From a virus: DNA of 64,000 bases. Numbering within the stretch: position 1 is the stretch's first letter; each line of letters starts with the position of its first letter. Shown here in pieces: positions 17,062 to 26,523 of this stretch. A model generated the notes under the pieces. The model was not told where the DNA came from and made no database searches. It was given only the letters and a program-made list of their open reading frames with translations. Both the position numbers and the translations under genes were made by a program. The stretch spans positions 23,751-87,750 of the IMG/VR virus record IMGVR_UViG_3300022743_000002. One strand, written 5' to 3'.

Positions 17062-19175
17062 CTACGCGCCACAAAAAGCACGCAGCTGACGTCGCGCACG
17101 CCCACCTGAAGCTGGCGGTCCTCGCACATGCCGGTATCAGCATTGCGTGCCGTGCACCGCCCGCATACGCCATCCGGCAGGGTTTCCAGCATGGTTGTGA
17201 CCGCCGTCGGCAGTCCGTGCATGTTCATGCTGGCCGCTTTGTCTTTGAGCTCTTGCTGCGCGCTACCCCCGTCCGGAATAATGAAGGTCGCGGTTCCGTG
17301 CGACCGGGACCAGGCGACGTCGCAAAGCATGTTGGCATAGCTAAAGTGCGGGTCGATCCCGACCTTCTTCACGCTGCGCTTGTACTGGTTCGTCTCGTCG
17401 TCCTTCTCAGCCACCAACGCCGTTTTGGTGAAGTGGTGAAATGCCCGCGGCAACACCGCCATGGTCTGGGTCTTGCCCTTCTCGATCACGTCCTGCACCA
17501 GGCCTTGCGGATCCGGGAACAGGCACAGCTGGCCAGTCAGGCGCGCCATACTGACCTGCATGCACTTGTACTGGTCCATGCGCAGCGTGTAGCGGTCGCG
17601 CTCATTTTCATCGGTCCGGCGATCGCTTACGTCTAACCTGGGTGCGTCGCCCCACAGGACCATACCCTCCTTGACCTGACCGAAGCTGTCGCAAATAAAC
17701 ACCCGACCCTTGTGGCGATTTGCGAAGCGCTTGGCGTCGTTGTAGTTCGGGTTGATTTCGACAACGCACACCGCGACGCCAAAAGCGTCCATGAGCTCGT
17801 CGCAGCGTCCAAACGGGTCAGCGTCGTAGATTTCCTCTACGTGCACCACAGCCTGGCGCCCGTCCGGCAGTCGCTCCTTGATAACGGCGACGTTGAAGTT
17901 GCCCATTTGGTCGATACCCATGAAGCAACTGCGACCGCGGGTCTTCCACTGCACCCCGGCGGCCTTGCCGGCCTCCACGCACGCCGCCAAGTGCTCCAGG
18001 GTGACTGGCACCTGACTGGGGTCGACATAGGGCTTGCCGCGCTTGCGATTGAAAAAGTTCTTCATATCGCTGGCGGTCTGGTACGCCGTGATGATTTCAT
18101 CGGCGCTGATCGTTGGGCTCAGGTACTGCGGGAAGTGGATCGACCGGATCCGCAGCCGGCGCTCCTTGAGTGGCACGCCCACCTCGGGCCCGCGATCACG
18201 TTCCGGGTGCTCGGCTCGCCACTCGCCGGCCTGGGTGTCGTCAATCCAGTGACCGTTGGGGCAGACGTAGCGGTATATTTCCCGCTGCTTGTCCCACTTA
18301 ATGCAGTCCGGGAAATAGTCGTCCAGGGGCTTGCTGGTGCCGCACGTCGGGCATGTCGTGTGAAACTGGTGCTTGGTGCCCTTCTTGTACCAAAAGTCGA
18401 TATCGGCGTCGGGCCAGTTTGCGGTAGACCCCATGAGCATGAAGCGGACCGTGCTGGCGCTGACGCGCTCGTAGGTCTTCTCGATTTGCTCCAGCGTCAT
18501 CTCCTGCACCTCGTCGAAGCTCAGGACGTCCATGGGAATGGACTCCGTCGTCGCGCGGCCGCTGGTCCAGCTGAAGATGAAAAGCGCCTGGTCGATGCGG
18601 CGCCGGTTGACGTTGCCCTCGCCCTGCTTGCGGCCGCTGCCGTCTGGTGCGTCCTGGGTCATGAGCTCGTGCACGCTGGGCACGCTGCGCACGATCGGCA
18701 TGAAGCGCTCGCTCGATTTCAGGCCGGCCAGATTCATGTCGGGCAGGAACATGCCGACGATGCAGGGACCGAACTTTATGCCGAGGTAGATCGTCGCCAG
18801 CATCTCCATGACGGTGAAGCCAACCTGGGCGCACTTCATGAGCACCAGGACGTACCGGTAGGCTTCCTCGCGCGTGCTTGGTATCTGGTCGTAGATCCAC
18901 GCCATAGCCGGGCGGTCGTCGAGGGTGAAGCGCTTGCCGTCCACCTTGAGGCCGTCGCTGCCGTCGGGCTTTGTGCCGCGGCCCAAGTGCTCGCACCACT
19001 CGCGGAATGACTGGCCGTCCGGGATGACTTCCTTTTCGTTGATGCGAAACCCGGTCTTGGCTTCCAGCTGGGCAATCGCTTGCGCCAGCCCACCATTGAA
19101 GTCGGGCATGCGGCGACGGTTGCCGCTCCCGGCGCCGGTAGGCTTGTAGGCGCGGCCGTTAGCTGCGAAGGCCAT
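17055..19175 (-). CDS. terL: Terminase large subunit (lambda GpA-like)
   Basis: MKCAQVGFT (Walker A variant), LSFDEV (Walker B), GSTAN, CPTC, MGIDQ nuclease motif, DPHF. Confidence 0.88.
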   Translation of the reverse strand: MAFAANGRAYKPTGAGSGNRRRMPDFNGGLAQAIAQLEAKTGFRINEKEVIPDGQSFREWCEHLGRGTKPDGSDGLKVDGKRFTLDDRPAMAWIYDQIPSTREEAYRYVLVLMKCAQVGFTVMEMLATIYLGIKFGPCIVGMFLPDMNLAGLKSSERFMPIVRSVPSVHELMTQDAPDGSGRKQGEGNVNRRRIDQALFIFSWTSGRATTESIPMDVLSFDEVQEMTLEQIEKTYERVSASTVRFMLMGSTANWPDADIDFWYKKGTKHQFHTTCPTCGTSKPLDDYFPDCIKWDKQREIYRYVCPNGHWIDDTQAGEWRAEHPERDRGPEVGVPLKERRLRIRSIHFPQYLSPTISADEIITAYQTASDMKNFFNRKRGKPYVDPSQVPVTLEHLAACVEAGKAAGVQWKTRGRSCFMGIDQMGNFNVAVIKERLPDGRQAVVHVEEIYDADPFGRCDELMDAFGVAVCVVEINPNYNDAKRFANRHKGRVFICDSFGQVKEGMVLWGDAPRLDVSDRRTDENERDRYTLRMDQYKCMQVSMARLTGQLCLFPDPQGLVQDVIEKGKTQTMAVLPRAFHHFTKTALVAEKDDETNQYKRSVKKVGIDPHFSYANMLCDVAWSRSHGTATFIIPDGGSAQQELKDKAASMNMHGLPTAVTTMLETLPDGVCGRCTARNADTGMCEDRQLQVGVRDVSCVLFVARRS

Positions 19176-19178
19176 GCG

Positions 19179-19856
19179 TTAGAGCCTCATGGACATGGTC
19201 ATGCCGGTGCGACTGTTGAGCTCAGCCAGGCGCGTCATGATGCGCCGCTGGCACTCCGGCGACTCCTGGCCAATCTCCTCGATGATGGTCTCGTAGAAGT
19301 TTTGCATGGTGCGCAGGTCCCACACCTCCTGAACAGCCTTGATGGCGGTCTCCAGCAGGTCGGCGCGCCGCACGATCGACTTGTCGAAGGCGGCCGGGTT
19401 TTTGATCCGCTCGCCAGTGATCACGCCGTCGCTGTCCGTCACCTGGGTAATAGCGAAGGCTCGCAGCATACTTGCGTCGCGGTACAGGCTGTGAATTTCG
19501 GCCACAAAGTCCAGCGTTGCCAAGCCGGTCTCTCCGTTTTTGGCAATGTAGGCCGGACTGGGTGCCGCCGGCAGGTGTTTGGTAATGCTCTCGGTGCCGT
19601 TCTCCTCGGACTCCAGCGCGCGATCGTCCTTGCGGATTTTCTTGACCTTTTGCACCAGCTTCGCCTTGGCGTTGATCAGCTGTGGCTTGGGTACGTCGGC
19701 GGCTTTGGCCTCACGGATTAGGCGCCACTTGGTGGCAATGCCAATCTCCGGATGCGTTTCCAGGATCGGCGTCCAATTGGTGGATCCGACGGTAGCCAGG
19801 TGCCTTGCCACGGCTTCCGTGAACGATGCTTTGATGCGGGGGTCGAGTGCAGCCAT
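19179..19856 (-). CDS. Probable terminase small subunit
   Basis: Immediately upstream of terL; helical; has a late promoter. Confidence 0.6.
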   Translation of the reverse strand: MAALDPRIKASFTEAVARHLATVGSTNWTPILETHPEIGIATKWRLIREAKAADVPKPQLINAKAKLVQKVKKIRKDDRALESEENGTESITKHLPAAPSPAYIAKNGETGLATLDFVAEIHSLYRDASMLRAFAITQVTDSDGVITGERIKNPAAFDKSIVRRADLLETAIKAVQEVWDLRTMQNFYETIIEEIGQESPECQRRIMTRLAELNSRTGMTMSMRL

Positions 19857-19862
19857 GATCGA

Positions 19863-19878
19863 ATGATAGCGTCACGAT
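19863..19878 (-). promoter_or_regulatory. Putative late promoter ATCGTGA-CGC-TATCAT
   Basis: Motif copy; ATG follows after 6 nt. Confidence 0.75.
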
Positions 19879-19950
19879 GATAGTGTGATAGCGCGCCACG
19901 CGATCCAGACTAACCGACGCGAGCCGCGCCCGAGCCGCGCCCGACAGGGC

Positions 19951-19985
19951 AAAAAAATACCCGCAACCCAATGTGGGCGCGGGTC
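19951..19985 (-). terminator. Intrinsic terminator
   Basis: ACCCGC...GCGGGT-ATTTTTTT on the minus strand. Confidence 0.7.
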
Positions 19986-20012
19986 TCAGGCCGGGAGGAA
20001 ACAGCTTACAGA

Positions 20013-20261
20013 TCAGTTTTCACGCGCCAGGCGCCACCTACGCCAGACCCAGCTCACGCCGTTGATGGCGAAGTCCAAAGCAATGATGGTGGCGATGGCC
20101 GCGGAAATGATGACAGGACTCAGCACCAGGAACCTGAAGACAGATCCGCCGACGATCAACACATAAGCAAACGCCGACAGCCAGATAGTTGCAGCATACA
20201 GCCCGGCAATCAATACGTGCATGAAGTTCTCCCGGTCAAATCCAACCGGGTCAAAGTACAC
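20013..20261 (-). CDS. Small membrane protein (start uncertain)
   Basis: Two hydrophobic segments; last gene of the minus-strand run. Confidence 0.5.
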   Translation of the reverse strand: MYFDPVGFDRENFMHVLIAGLYAATIWLSAFAYVLIVGGSVFRFLVLSPVIISAAIATIIALDFAINGVSWVWRRWRLAREN

Positions 20262-20307
20262 GCGGCGCCAGGGATGCGCGCCATGGCAAGGCGTGAATTG
20301 CGGTGAA

Positions 20308-20559
20308 CTACTCAGAACAACCCTGATCCGAGTAGCAGGACGACCGTAGCATCATGGGGCGATTCAGAGCCGGAACGTCTTGGTATCGGGGTTTCGTCAA
20401 AACATTGGAAAGCTCACGCTGCGCCGGATCGGTCACCGGCGGCGTTTGGTTGTACTCAGGGTACATGGTGACGGTCTCCCGAACATCCCCCTTTGTGGCA
20501 ACGTATGGGATAGCGAACGCCAGGGCAGCGGCGGCTACAAGAATTTCGGTTTTGGTCAT
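20308..20559 (-). CDS. Hypothetical protein with a signal/anchor sequence
   Basis: ATGA coupling; hydrophobic N-terminus. Confidence 0.65.
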   Translation of the reverse strand: MTKTEILVAAAALAFAIPYVATKGDVRETVTMYPEYNQTPPVTDPAQRELSNVLTKPRYQDVPALNRPMMLRSSCYSDQGCSE

Positions 20560-20996
20560 GGAACCCCCACCATTTTGTTGATTGTCACGGCGGCGTGAAC
20601 GATGGCGTTGACGCTAGCGGACTCAATAATCGAGGTCGCACGCTGGGACGCTGCGCCGAACGCCCGGGCGTCGGCAATACTAACCCGGGATCCGGCCGCC
20701 TTGCATTGCTCGGCCGCGCTTATGGCACCGCGAATGATGCGCAGGTCAGGCGAGTCGGACCGCATCGTGTCGTACACGTGAGCGAATCCGGCGATTGCCA
20801 GCATGGTGACAATGCCGTCAATCACACCGGTGTCCGCCTCGCCTATCTCCATCCACGCGCGCGTCTGGTCGACCATTAGGGCATTGAGCCACTTCTTGCG
20901 GGTTACCTCAGCGGCTTCATTGATGCGGGCCTGGGCGCGATCGTTGTCGCTTGGCGCATGCGTTGAACCACGACGAAGGAACGCGAGCAGATTCAT
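20556..20996 (-). CDS. Hypothetical protein
   Basis: GGAGGGAG SD; ATGA-coupled start MNLLAF. Confidence 0.7.
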   Translation of the reverse strand: MNLLAFLRRGSTHAPSDNDRAQARINEAAEVTRKKWLNALMVDQTRAWMEIGEADTGVIDGIVTMLAIAGFAHVYDTMRSDSPDLRIIRGAISAAEQCKAAGSRVSIADARAFGAASQRATSIIESASVNAIVHAAVTINKMVGVP

Positions 20997-21175
20997 TGCG
21001 CTCCCTCCGCTGGGCAGCCAGGGCGATCGTCCATGCAGGTGCGCGGCGGTACGCCTCGAACCGTGATGCCGCATGTCGGGCAGGTCCAGCACGTGACGAT
21101 CAGCGGCTCACCAGCTGGCAGGACCTTGGCCAAGAGCTCGGGCTCCTGGGCTTGGGGGCGGTCGGGGTCGATCAT
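20993..21175 (-). CDS. Small Cys-rich protein
   Basis: ATGA coupled; WTCPTCG. Confidence 0.55.
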   Translation of the reverse strand: MIDPDRPQAQEPELLAKVLPAGEPLIVTCWTCPTCGITVRGVPPRTCMDDRPGCPAEGAQ

Positions 21176-21483
21176 GGGGTGATGGGGGTCATGGCTGCGA
21201 GAGCGGGGTGAACGTCTGCAGTCTTGGCGGCCTGGCCAATCTGGTATGGCGTCCACTCAGCGTATGGTGCGAACGGCTTATAGCCCTCGTCACCCTGCAG
21301 CAGCGTGATATTGCTCAGGCTGATCTGCTTGCCGATGTGGTCGACGATAGATAGGTTGACGCAGTGGTCATTGTGGACATAGGCGATGGTCGCCGCCATG
21401 GGCTGGGTGTCGTCGTCGCTATAAACACCTTTGTAGCCGTTGGACCAGAACCACACCACGCGCCCGACTGTTGGTTTGATCAT
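21172..21483 (-). CDS. Conserved phage hypothetical protein
   Basis: MIKPTVGRVVWF...PMAATIAYVH...VNL...WTPYQIGQ; ATGA coupled. Confidence 0.75.
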   Translation of the reverse strand: MIKPTVGRVVWFWSNGYKGVYSDDDTQPMAATIAYVHNDHCVNLSIVDHIGKQISLSNITLLQGDEGYKPFAPYAEWTPYQIGQAAKTADVHPALAAMTPITP

Positions 21484-22121
21484 GCTGCACCGCCTTCCTT
21501 CGCCAGGCGCTCGCGCAGCGCGTAGCCCATCAGCGGCCAGACCTTTTGCACGGCATTGGCGCGCGCGATTTTGCGGCCCAGCTCGGCATCGAAGTTCTCG
21601 GGGCTGGCGCAGGCCGACTCGCCGGTGACGGTGAAGCCGTTGCGCAGTACCAGGACGCAAAAAGTCAACAGAGAGAGCGGGTGATCGACTTCGCGGATTG
21701 GGTTGTAACTGATGCAGTCAACACCGTTTTGGGCGGTGAAGTAGTATTCACTGGCGATGTTCGCCTCAATATCCGCAGGCGTCACACGCGGCGCCGTCAG
21801 GCCCTTGGCTTTGATTTCGGCTTCGATGGGGTCTGCACTCAGATGCTCAGTCTGTGCGTCTGGCTTTGTTTCCACTGGGGCGGACGTGTCAGCGACGGTC
21901 GTCGGGCGCGTATCGGGCGCGGTGCCACCCAGCACGTGCTCCAGCATGGCGCGAGCTTGGACGGCATTTAGCAGATTGGTGCCGATTGGCACGGCGTTGT
22001 TTTTCGCAGCGCTGATACGGTCGAACGTGATGTAGCAGTCAGGCGCGAAGTCCGCCGGCAGATTCCAACTCAAAAAGCGGGACACCATGTCGTCGGTGAC
22101 GACGGTGGCGGGGTTGGTCAT
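21480..22121 (-). CDS. Gp49/Gp66-family phage protein with an N-terminal extension
   Basis: APRVTPADIE...LTFCVLVLRNGFTVTGESACASPENFDAELGRKIA...WPLMGY. Confidence 0.82.
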   Translation of the reverse strand: MTNPATVVTDDMVSRFLSWNLPADFAPDCYITFDRISAAKNNAVPIGTNLLNAVQARAMLEHVLGGTAPDTRPTTVADTSAPVETKPDAQTEHLSADPIEAEIKAKGLTAPRVTPADIEANIASEYYFTAQNGVDCISYNPIREVDHPLSLLTFCVLVLRNGFTVTGESACASPENFDAELGRKIARANAVQKVWPLMGYALRERLAKEGGAA

Positions 22122-22265
22122 AGGGTCTCCAGTAGTCGCCGGGATCCGCCCGGCTCGGTTTCTGAATTGTACTCTTTTTTGATCATTCCGAATCGTCGGG
22201 CAGTTCGGGCCAGCTGGCGCGCCACATCACGGCACAAAACATCCACAGGGCGAGCGGTGGCCACA

Positions 22266-22790
22266 TTAGGCGGCCCTCCCGGCAGCAAGGAATGAGGCGA
22301 TGGTGTTGTCCCATGCGCCGTAGCGCTGCACCTCGGCATTGAACGCGGCGACGTCGTGCTCCACCAGGCGCCATACCGGGTAGCCGTCCTTGTCGAACTT
22401 CATCGCCCCGTACTCGTCGGTGGCTTGCCGGACGTGACAGAGCTCGTGATAGACCAGCGCCTCGCGCTCGATCGCCGACGCTTCCGCCCACCATGTCGCA
22501 TCGATTACGATGACGTAGTCAGGCAGCCCGCGGAGTAGCCGCGTCAGCATCATCGCGAACAGGTCTTTGAACGCTCCCTGGCACATGGTCTTGACGGCGT
22601 GCACGGATCCAAGCTCGACCTTGCCACCCTTCTCTTTGGGTGTCGCCCGCATGAGGTAGCCAAAGCGCACCTCATGCTCTGCAAGCGGGAAATGCTCGGG
22701 CAGCCGCATCAGGCGCTCGGCAATGGTCGCCGGGTGCGTAGCCTCGTCTGGCAGCATGAATGGGTCGAATTCGTCGTTGGTGTCGTTCAT
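22266..22790 (-). CDS. Putative phage metallopeptidase (HExxH)
   Basis: PDYVIVID..WW...REALVYHELCH...HDV..F..EVQRYGAW. Confidence 0.8.
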   Translation of the reverse strand: MNDTNDEFDPFMLPDEATHPATIAERLMRLPEHFPLAEHEVRFGYLMRATPKEKGGKVELGSVHAVKTMCQGAFKDLFAMMLTRLLRGLPDYVIVIDATWWAEASAIEREALVYHELCHVRQATDEYGAMKFDKDGYPVWRLVEHDVAAFNAEVQRYGAWDNTIASFLAAGRAA

Positions 22791-22796
22791 GGCTGT

Positions 22797-22812
22797 AGTG
22801 TGGTGTCACGCC
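22797..22812 (-). promoter_or_regulatory. Putative late promoter variant GGCGTGA-CAC-CACACT
   Basis: One mismatch to the motif; ATG follows after 6 nt; no SD. Confidence 0.6.
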
Positions 22813-23198
22813 GCCCCAAACAGAGCAGCCGTCAGCGGGTCTCGCCTGGGCGCCTTATCTCGCCAGTAGGCCGCGCGCCGCCTCGCCAGGACGTCGTCCC
22901 AGTCGCCATTTTTTCGGCGCGTCTCGCGGCTTCGTCGGTCTCGATCCTTTTGTGTGGACCGCTTGAGCCGGCACCGGACGTCGGCACCGGGCCCCGGGTG
23001 ATAGATGGCTACGGAAATGCCGGGGCACTTCTCCGAGCGCTTCCAGTCTCCGATGTGGGCTTGCCGGTTGTCGCGCAGATACGCCAGCCAGCGGGTGACG
23101 GCCGCAAGGCTAACACCAGTGGCTGCGTGGATTTCGGCATGCGTGCCTGGCAGCGCCGCCAGCACAGCCTCACGGGCGGGGCTTTTGCGTTGCTTCAT
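22806..23198 (-). CDS. HTH-containing hypothetical protein
   Basis: THAEIHAATGVSLAAVTRWL; C-terminal RRDPLTAALFG. Confidence 0.7.
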   Translation of the reverse strand: MKQRKSPAREAVLAALPGTHAEIHAATGVSLAAVTRWLAYLRDNRQAHIGDWKRSEKCPGISVAIYHPGPGADVRCRLKRSTQKDRDRRSRETRRKNGDWDDVLARRRAAYWRDKAPRRDPLTAALFGAA

Positions 23199-23389
23199 GT
23201 GAACAGATCAATGGTCAAATGGTCCCGCGTCACAGCTTCAGCCGCCAGGCTCCTTGGCGCCAGCAGGCCGGCCTTGAGAGCGCACACCGGCCCGACCGGG
23301 TAGCCACCCTGCAGCGCAGCAGCTTTCAGCATAGGGCGATGGCACAAGGCGCAAACCATACGGACGCGCGGATAAGGTTTTTTGGTCAT
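23195..23389 (-). CDS. Small zinc-finger protein
   Basis: CALCHRPM...GPVC. Confidence 0.65.
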   Translation of the reverse strand: MTKKPYPRVRMVCALCHRPMLKAAALQGGYPVGPVCALKAGLLAPRSLAAEAVTRDHLTIDLFT

Positions 23390-23493
23390 TTTCGATTACT
23401 TTGCAGCGCCCGACCTGCGCCCGAAAAGCGGAGCCAAACGGCTGAAAGCTAGTATCCATGCGGGTTTTCTGGGTTTCATAAACAGCTTGCGAG

Positions 23494-23787
23494 TCAGTTA
23501 TGCGTCGGCGCGCTTACCTGGACAGCGGTAACCCGTGCCGGGAATTCAGGCGTCGGACTGTCCTCGCGCTGGCAGCGTATGCCGGCGTCGACGCCAGTCT
23601 TGAGTTTGATGCCGCAGCAGCACACCGCGGCCTCGCTGGATCCTTGCGCCTCGGCTTCACACCCAGAGCAGCGGTACGTCCGCCGCCGATCGAAGGCCTC
23701 GTGCATCAGCACGCGCGAAAAGCACACTCTGCAAATGTGGTCAGTGATGACCCAGCCCTGCACCGGCTCGCGCATTGACTTCACCAC
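23494..23787 (-). CDS. Cys-rich hypothetical protein
   Basis: CRVC, CSGC, CCCG. Confidence 0.65.
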   Translation of the reverse strand: MVKSMREPVQGWVITDHICRVCFSRVLMHEAFDRRRTYRCSGCEAEAQGSSEAAVCCCGIKLKTGVDAGIRCQREDSPTPEFPARVTAVQVSAPTHN

Positions 23788-24317
23788 AGCCGCGCCTGCC
23801 TGATTGCCGCCGGCGGCGTTGAGTTGAACGCGAACACCACGGACTGTTTGGAGTCGCGCAGCACGGCCACCACCAACTCATCGGTGTCCACGCTGTGCCG
23901 CAGCTTGAGCGTGCACAGCTCGGAGCCATGCCGGTACCGGATCCGCCTGGCATCTAGCGCGCACAGCTTGACGGGCGCCGTGCCCTTGGCATTGCGGCCC
24001 TTGACCAGCTCATATTCGCGATTTTTGCACGACACACACACCATGCCGCCAATCAGCCGGCCAGCAGAGCGGTGGCACCTGGCGCACGTCAGCGTGCCCT
24101 TGAGCGGCGACATTGAGGCCGCAACCTCACCAGCATGGACGGCGCCAATCGGGCACAGCCTGCAGTTGGAGTGACTCCCGTCGTTGAGCTCATCGGCGCG
24201 CCGCCACGAATCCCGGCATGCCGCAGTGGACAGCGTCGCCCGCATGCGTTCACAGCGGAAATACAGCTTCCCAGGTACGTTTTCGTAGGTGAAATAATCA
24301 ACCATGCGCGGCCCCAT
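23781..24317 (-). CDS. Cys-rich (zinc-binding) hypothetical protein
   Basis: CRLC, CARC, CVSC. Confidence 0.7.
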   Translation of the reverse strand: MGPRMVDYFTYENVPGKLYFRCERMRATLSTAACRDSWRRADELNDGSHSNCRLCPIGAVHAGEVAASMSPLKGTLTCARCHRSAGRLIGGMVCVSCKNREYELVKGRNAKGTAPVKLCALDARRIRYRHGSELCTLKLRHSVDTDELVVAVLRDSKQSVVFAFNSTPPAAIRQARLW

Positions 24318-24461
24318 TTAATCGTATTTGTGCAATTCTACACCTTGAATTCCAAATTTGAGCAAGTGTTTTACAGTGATTTTGCGTGAAGCCCAAGCAT
24401 TTATGTATTGCTTTATCAATTTATTATTATAATTTCCCCGCCCACAACCAAGGAGTGAACG

Positions 24462-24722
24462 ATGACTGATTCCACACAGGCAAAGCGCCCATTGATCGAC
24501 ATGAGCGCATTCAAGGCAAAGCTGATCCAGAAGAACGGCAGAGGCCGACGCGGTAAGTACCCCTGGGATTCGATGAAGATCGACGACTGCTTTTTTGTCG
24601 ACAACGATCAATCCCGAATTTCCAGCGTGCGCAGCATGGCCAGCGCAAAGGGGCGCGATCTGGGTAAGAAGTTCTCAGTGACCATCGGGGCCGGTGGAAG
24701 CTGGGTTACAAGGGAGAAGTAA
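24462..24722 (+). CDS. Small putative DNA-binding protein
   Basis: AAGGAG SD; KYPWDSMKIDDCFFV...KKFSV...VTR. Confidence 0.75.
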   Translation: MTDSTQAKRPLIDMSAFKAKLIQKNGRGRRGKYPWDSMKIDDCFFVDNDQSRISSVRSMASAKGRDLGKKFSVTIGAGGSWVTREK

Positions 24723-24724
24723 CT

Positions 24725-24990
24725 AGGTATCAGGTCGGTATCGGCCGAAGGGCTTTGACTTTCAAGGCTTTTTCGGCGAAATACCGCCTATAAATAAATA
24801 AAATTCTTTTTAGAGATAGTAGAGTAGAGAGAGGTATGGGAATGAATGAAATTTTTTGTTTCTCTTTATATTTCTTCTTCTGTCTTTGTGTCTGGGTGAT
24901 CCGGCGGTAGGTGCGGTAGCAAATCTCCGAAAAACCGATAATTTTCTTATAAATCAACCACTTGCGCGTAACCGCGCGATACCGAGGAAG
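24725..24990. other. Candidate replication origin
   Basis: Non-coding, AT-rich, purine/pyrimidine-skewed tracts with repeated CGGTA/TACCG. Confidence 0.4.
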
Positions 24991-24992
24991 CC

Positions 24993-25631
24993 ATGAAAAT
25001 CGATAATGTGCTCAAAATCCGCCGATCCATCTTGGCATTGGAGCCCGGTGCGTCGGCGACGATCAATCTACAAGGCGAGGACTTGAACGACGTTCTTGCC
25101 GAAGCAAAGAACTTTGTTAAAAGCCGAAAACTGCTGTGCGCCTTTGAAATGGACGGTCGCGGATTGCGCGTCACCCGCGTCGCCGGCGGGTCAGGCTCAA
25201 ACCTTTACCCTGAAATAGATGCCCTAGAAGTTGGGGGGTCGAAGCTCTTTGAGCTGCCGCCAGCCCTTCACCAGCGGATACGGCTGGCCGCCAGCAACAG
25301 ATCAAGGTCGACGGGGGTACGATTGTCCTGCACCCGCGACGGCGACTTCATTCGTGTCACCCGACTGCCTGTAACGGACGACGACGAGGCGGCATGTGGG
25401 GCAATCCAGCTCCCTGCCAGGGCTACGAAATACGACATGGAGCGCCTTGCAAATGGCGAGCGCCTGACGTTCAGCTTGGAGCGACGTGACCACCACAAGC
25501 TGCGCCTGGCCGCCCACCGCCACGCCGTCAAAACCGGCTGGACTATCAGGTGCAGGATCCAGGACGACGGAACTATGCTGGTTTATCGCGCTGATCTGCC
25601 GACGACCGTGATAGCGACCCCAAACCCCTAG
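24993..25631 (+). CDS. Protein with three tandem copies of a small domain similar to 24462..24722
   Basis: Repeats ALEPGAS...LRVTR, YPEIDALEVGGS...IRVTR, KYDMERLANGE...MLVYR. Confidence 0.72.
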   Translation: MKIDNVLKIRRSILALEPGASATINLQGEDLNDVLAEAKNFVKSRKLLCAFEMDGRGLRVTRVAGGSGSNLYPEIDALEVGGSKLFELPPALHQRIRLAASNRSRSTGVRLSCTRDGDFIRVTRLPVTDDDEAACGAIQLPARATKYDMERLANGERLTFSLERRDHHKLRLAAHRHAVKTGWTIRCRIQDDGTMLVYRADLPTTVIATPNP

Positions 25632-25762
25632 TCAAATCAATGGTATTTCACGATAGTGCTATCACAACTATCAGAGTGACGCCGTGATAGCGCTACGTAA
25701 TAACTAATCAAATTTGCGTAAATACAACACACGACTTACTCAAAATTGATTACACTGATGGC

Positions 25763-26011
25763 ATGGAATTAAACAAAAAGGAGTTTGAGATGACAGCTAT
25801 CAGCATCGCAGGAGCCGCAGTAATCGTGCCCGCCGCCAGCCTGGTGGCCTACAAGCAGCTCGATGACGAGACCATCGCAACTGTGTCCGGCAACCGCGTG
25901 GCGATCTGGAACATTGAAGGCGATGACGCAATCCAGCTCGGCAACCTGGCCGCTGGCACCTCTGGGCTGTCGATCGACCAGATGATCAGCAAACTCTGGG
26001 CCAAGGCCTGA
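25763..26011 (+). CDS. Hypothetical protein (start may be MTAIS at 25789)
   Basis: AAGGAG SD precedes the second ATG. Confidence 0.7.
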   Translation: MELNKKEFEMTAISIAGAAVIVPAASLVAYKQLDDETIATVSGNRVAIWNIEGDDAIQLGNLAAGTSGLSIDQMISKLWAKA

Positions 26012-26049
26012 TTCCACCGCCCCCTGATTTTCTTTACTGCCTAACTACC

Positions 26050-26250
26050 ATGTTCAAATCCCTCAAAAACCTTTTCTTCCCGCCATTGCCAACCGCCATG
26101 GAGCTGGCCGTCCGTGAACTCGCTGCCGCAGAGCGCGAAAAGCTGATCGCCGAGACTGATCGCGAACGCGCCACCGCATGCGTGACCTTCCGCGACGCCC
26201 AGATCAAGCGCCTGCGCGCCTACCTGGCGGCCAATGGGGCGCAGTCGTGA
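26050..26250 (+). CDS. Hypothetical protein
   Basis: Operon context; helical sequence. Confidence 0.7.
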   Translation: MFKSLKNLFFPPLPTAMELAVRELAAAEREKLIAETDRERATACVTFRDAQIKRLRAYLAANGAQS

Positions 26251-26522
26251 AGTCGCAGGAAAAGCGCGCCGACTGCTGCGACGACTCGGGTCAATGCACT
26301 CATGGTTACGGGTGCCCGCTGCGCGTGACCATGCAGCCGGATCACTGCGAAACGACCATCAATGCGGCGTGGTTTCTCATTGACCTGGCCTGGGGCTTTT
26401 TGGCCGCCCTGGGCCTCGTATCCGTCGCCGCGCTCGTCGGGCTTTACCTGGCTGGGTTCTTTCACTGGCTGTCCACCAAATACCCCGGCAACGCGGTCCT
26501 GCAATTATTGTTCGGGACCTGA
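26247..26522 (+). CDS. Hypothetical membrane protein
   Basis: GTGA coupling; CCD..GQC.HG..CP followed by a transmembrane segment. Confidence 0.65.
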   Translation: MKSQEKRADCCDDSGQCTHGYGCPLRVTMQPDHCETTINAAWFLIDLAWGFLAALGLVSVAALVGLYLAGFFHWLSTKYPGNAVLQLLFGT

Positions 26523-26523
26523 T

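Noticed and set aside
24730-24957. 75-aa Lys/Ile-rich minus-strand ORF
   Set aside because: Artefact of a low-complexity AT-rich tract; atypical composition.
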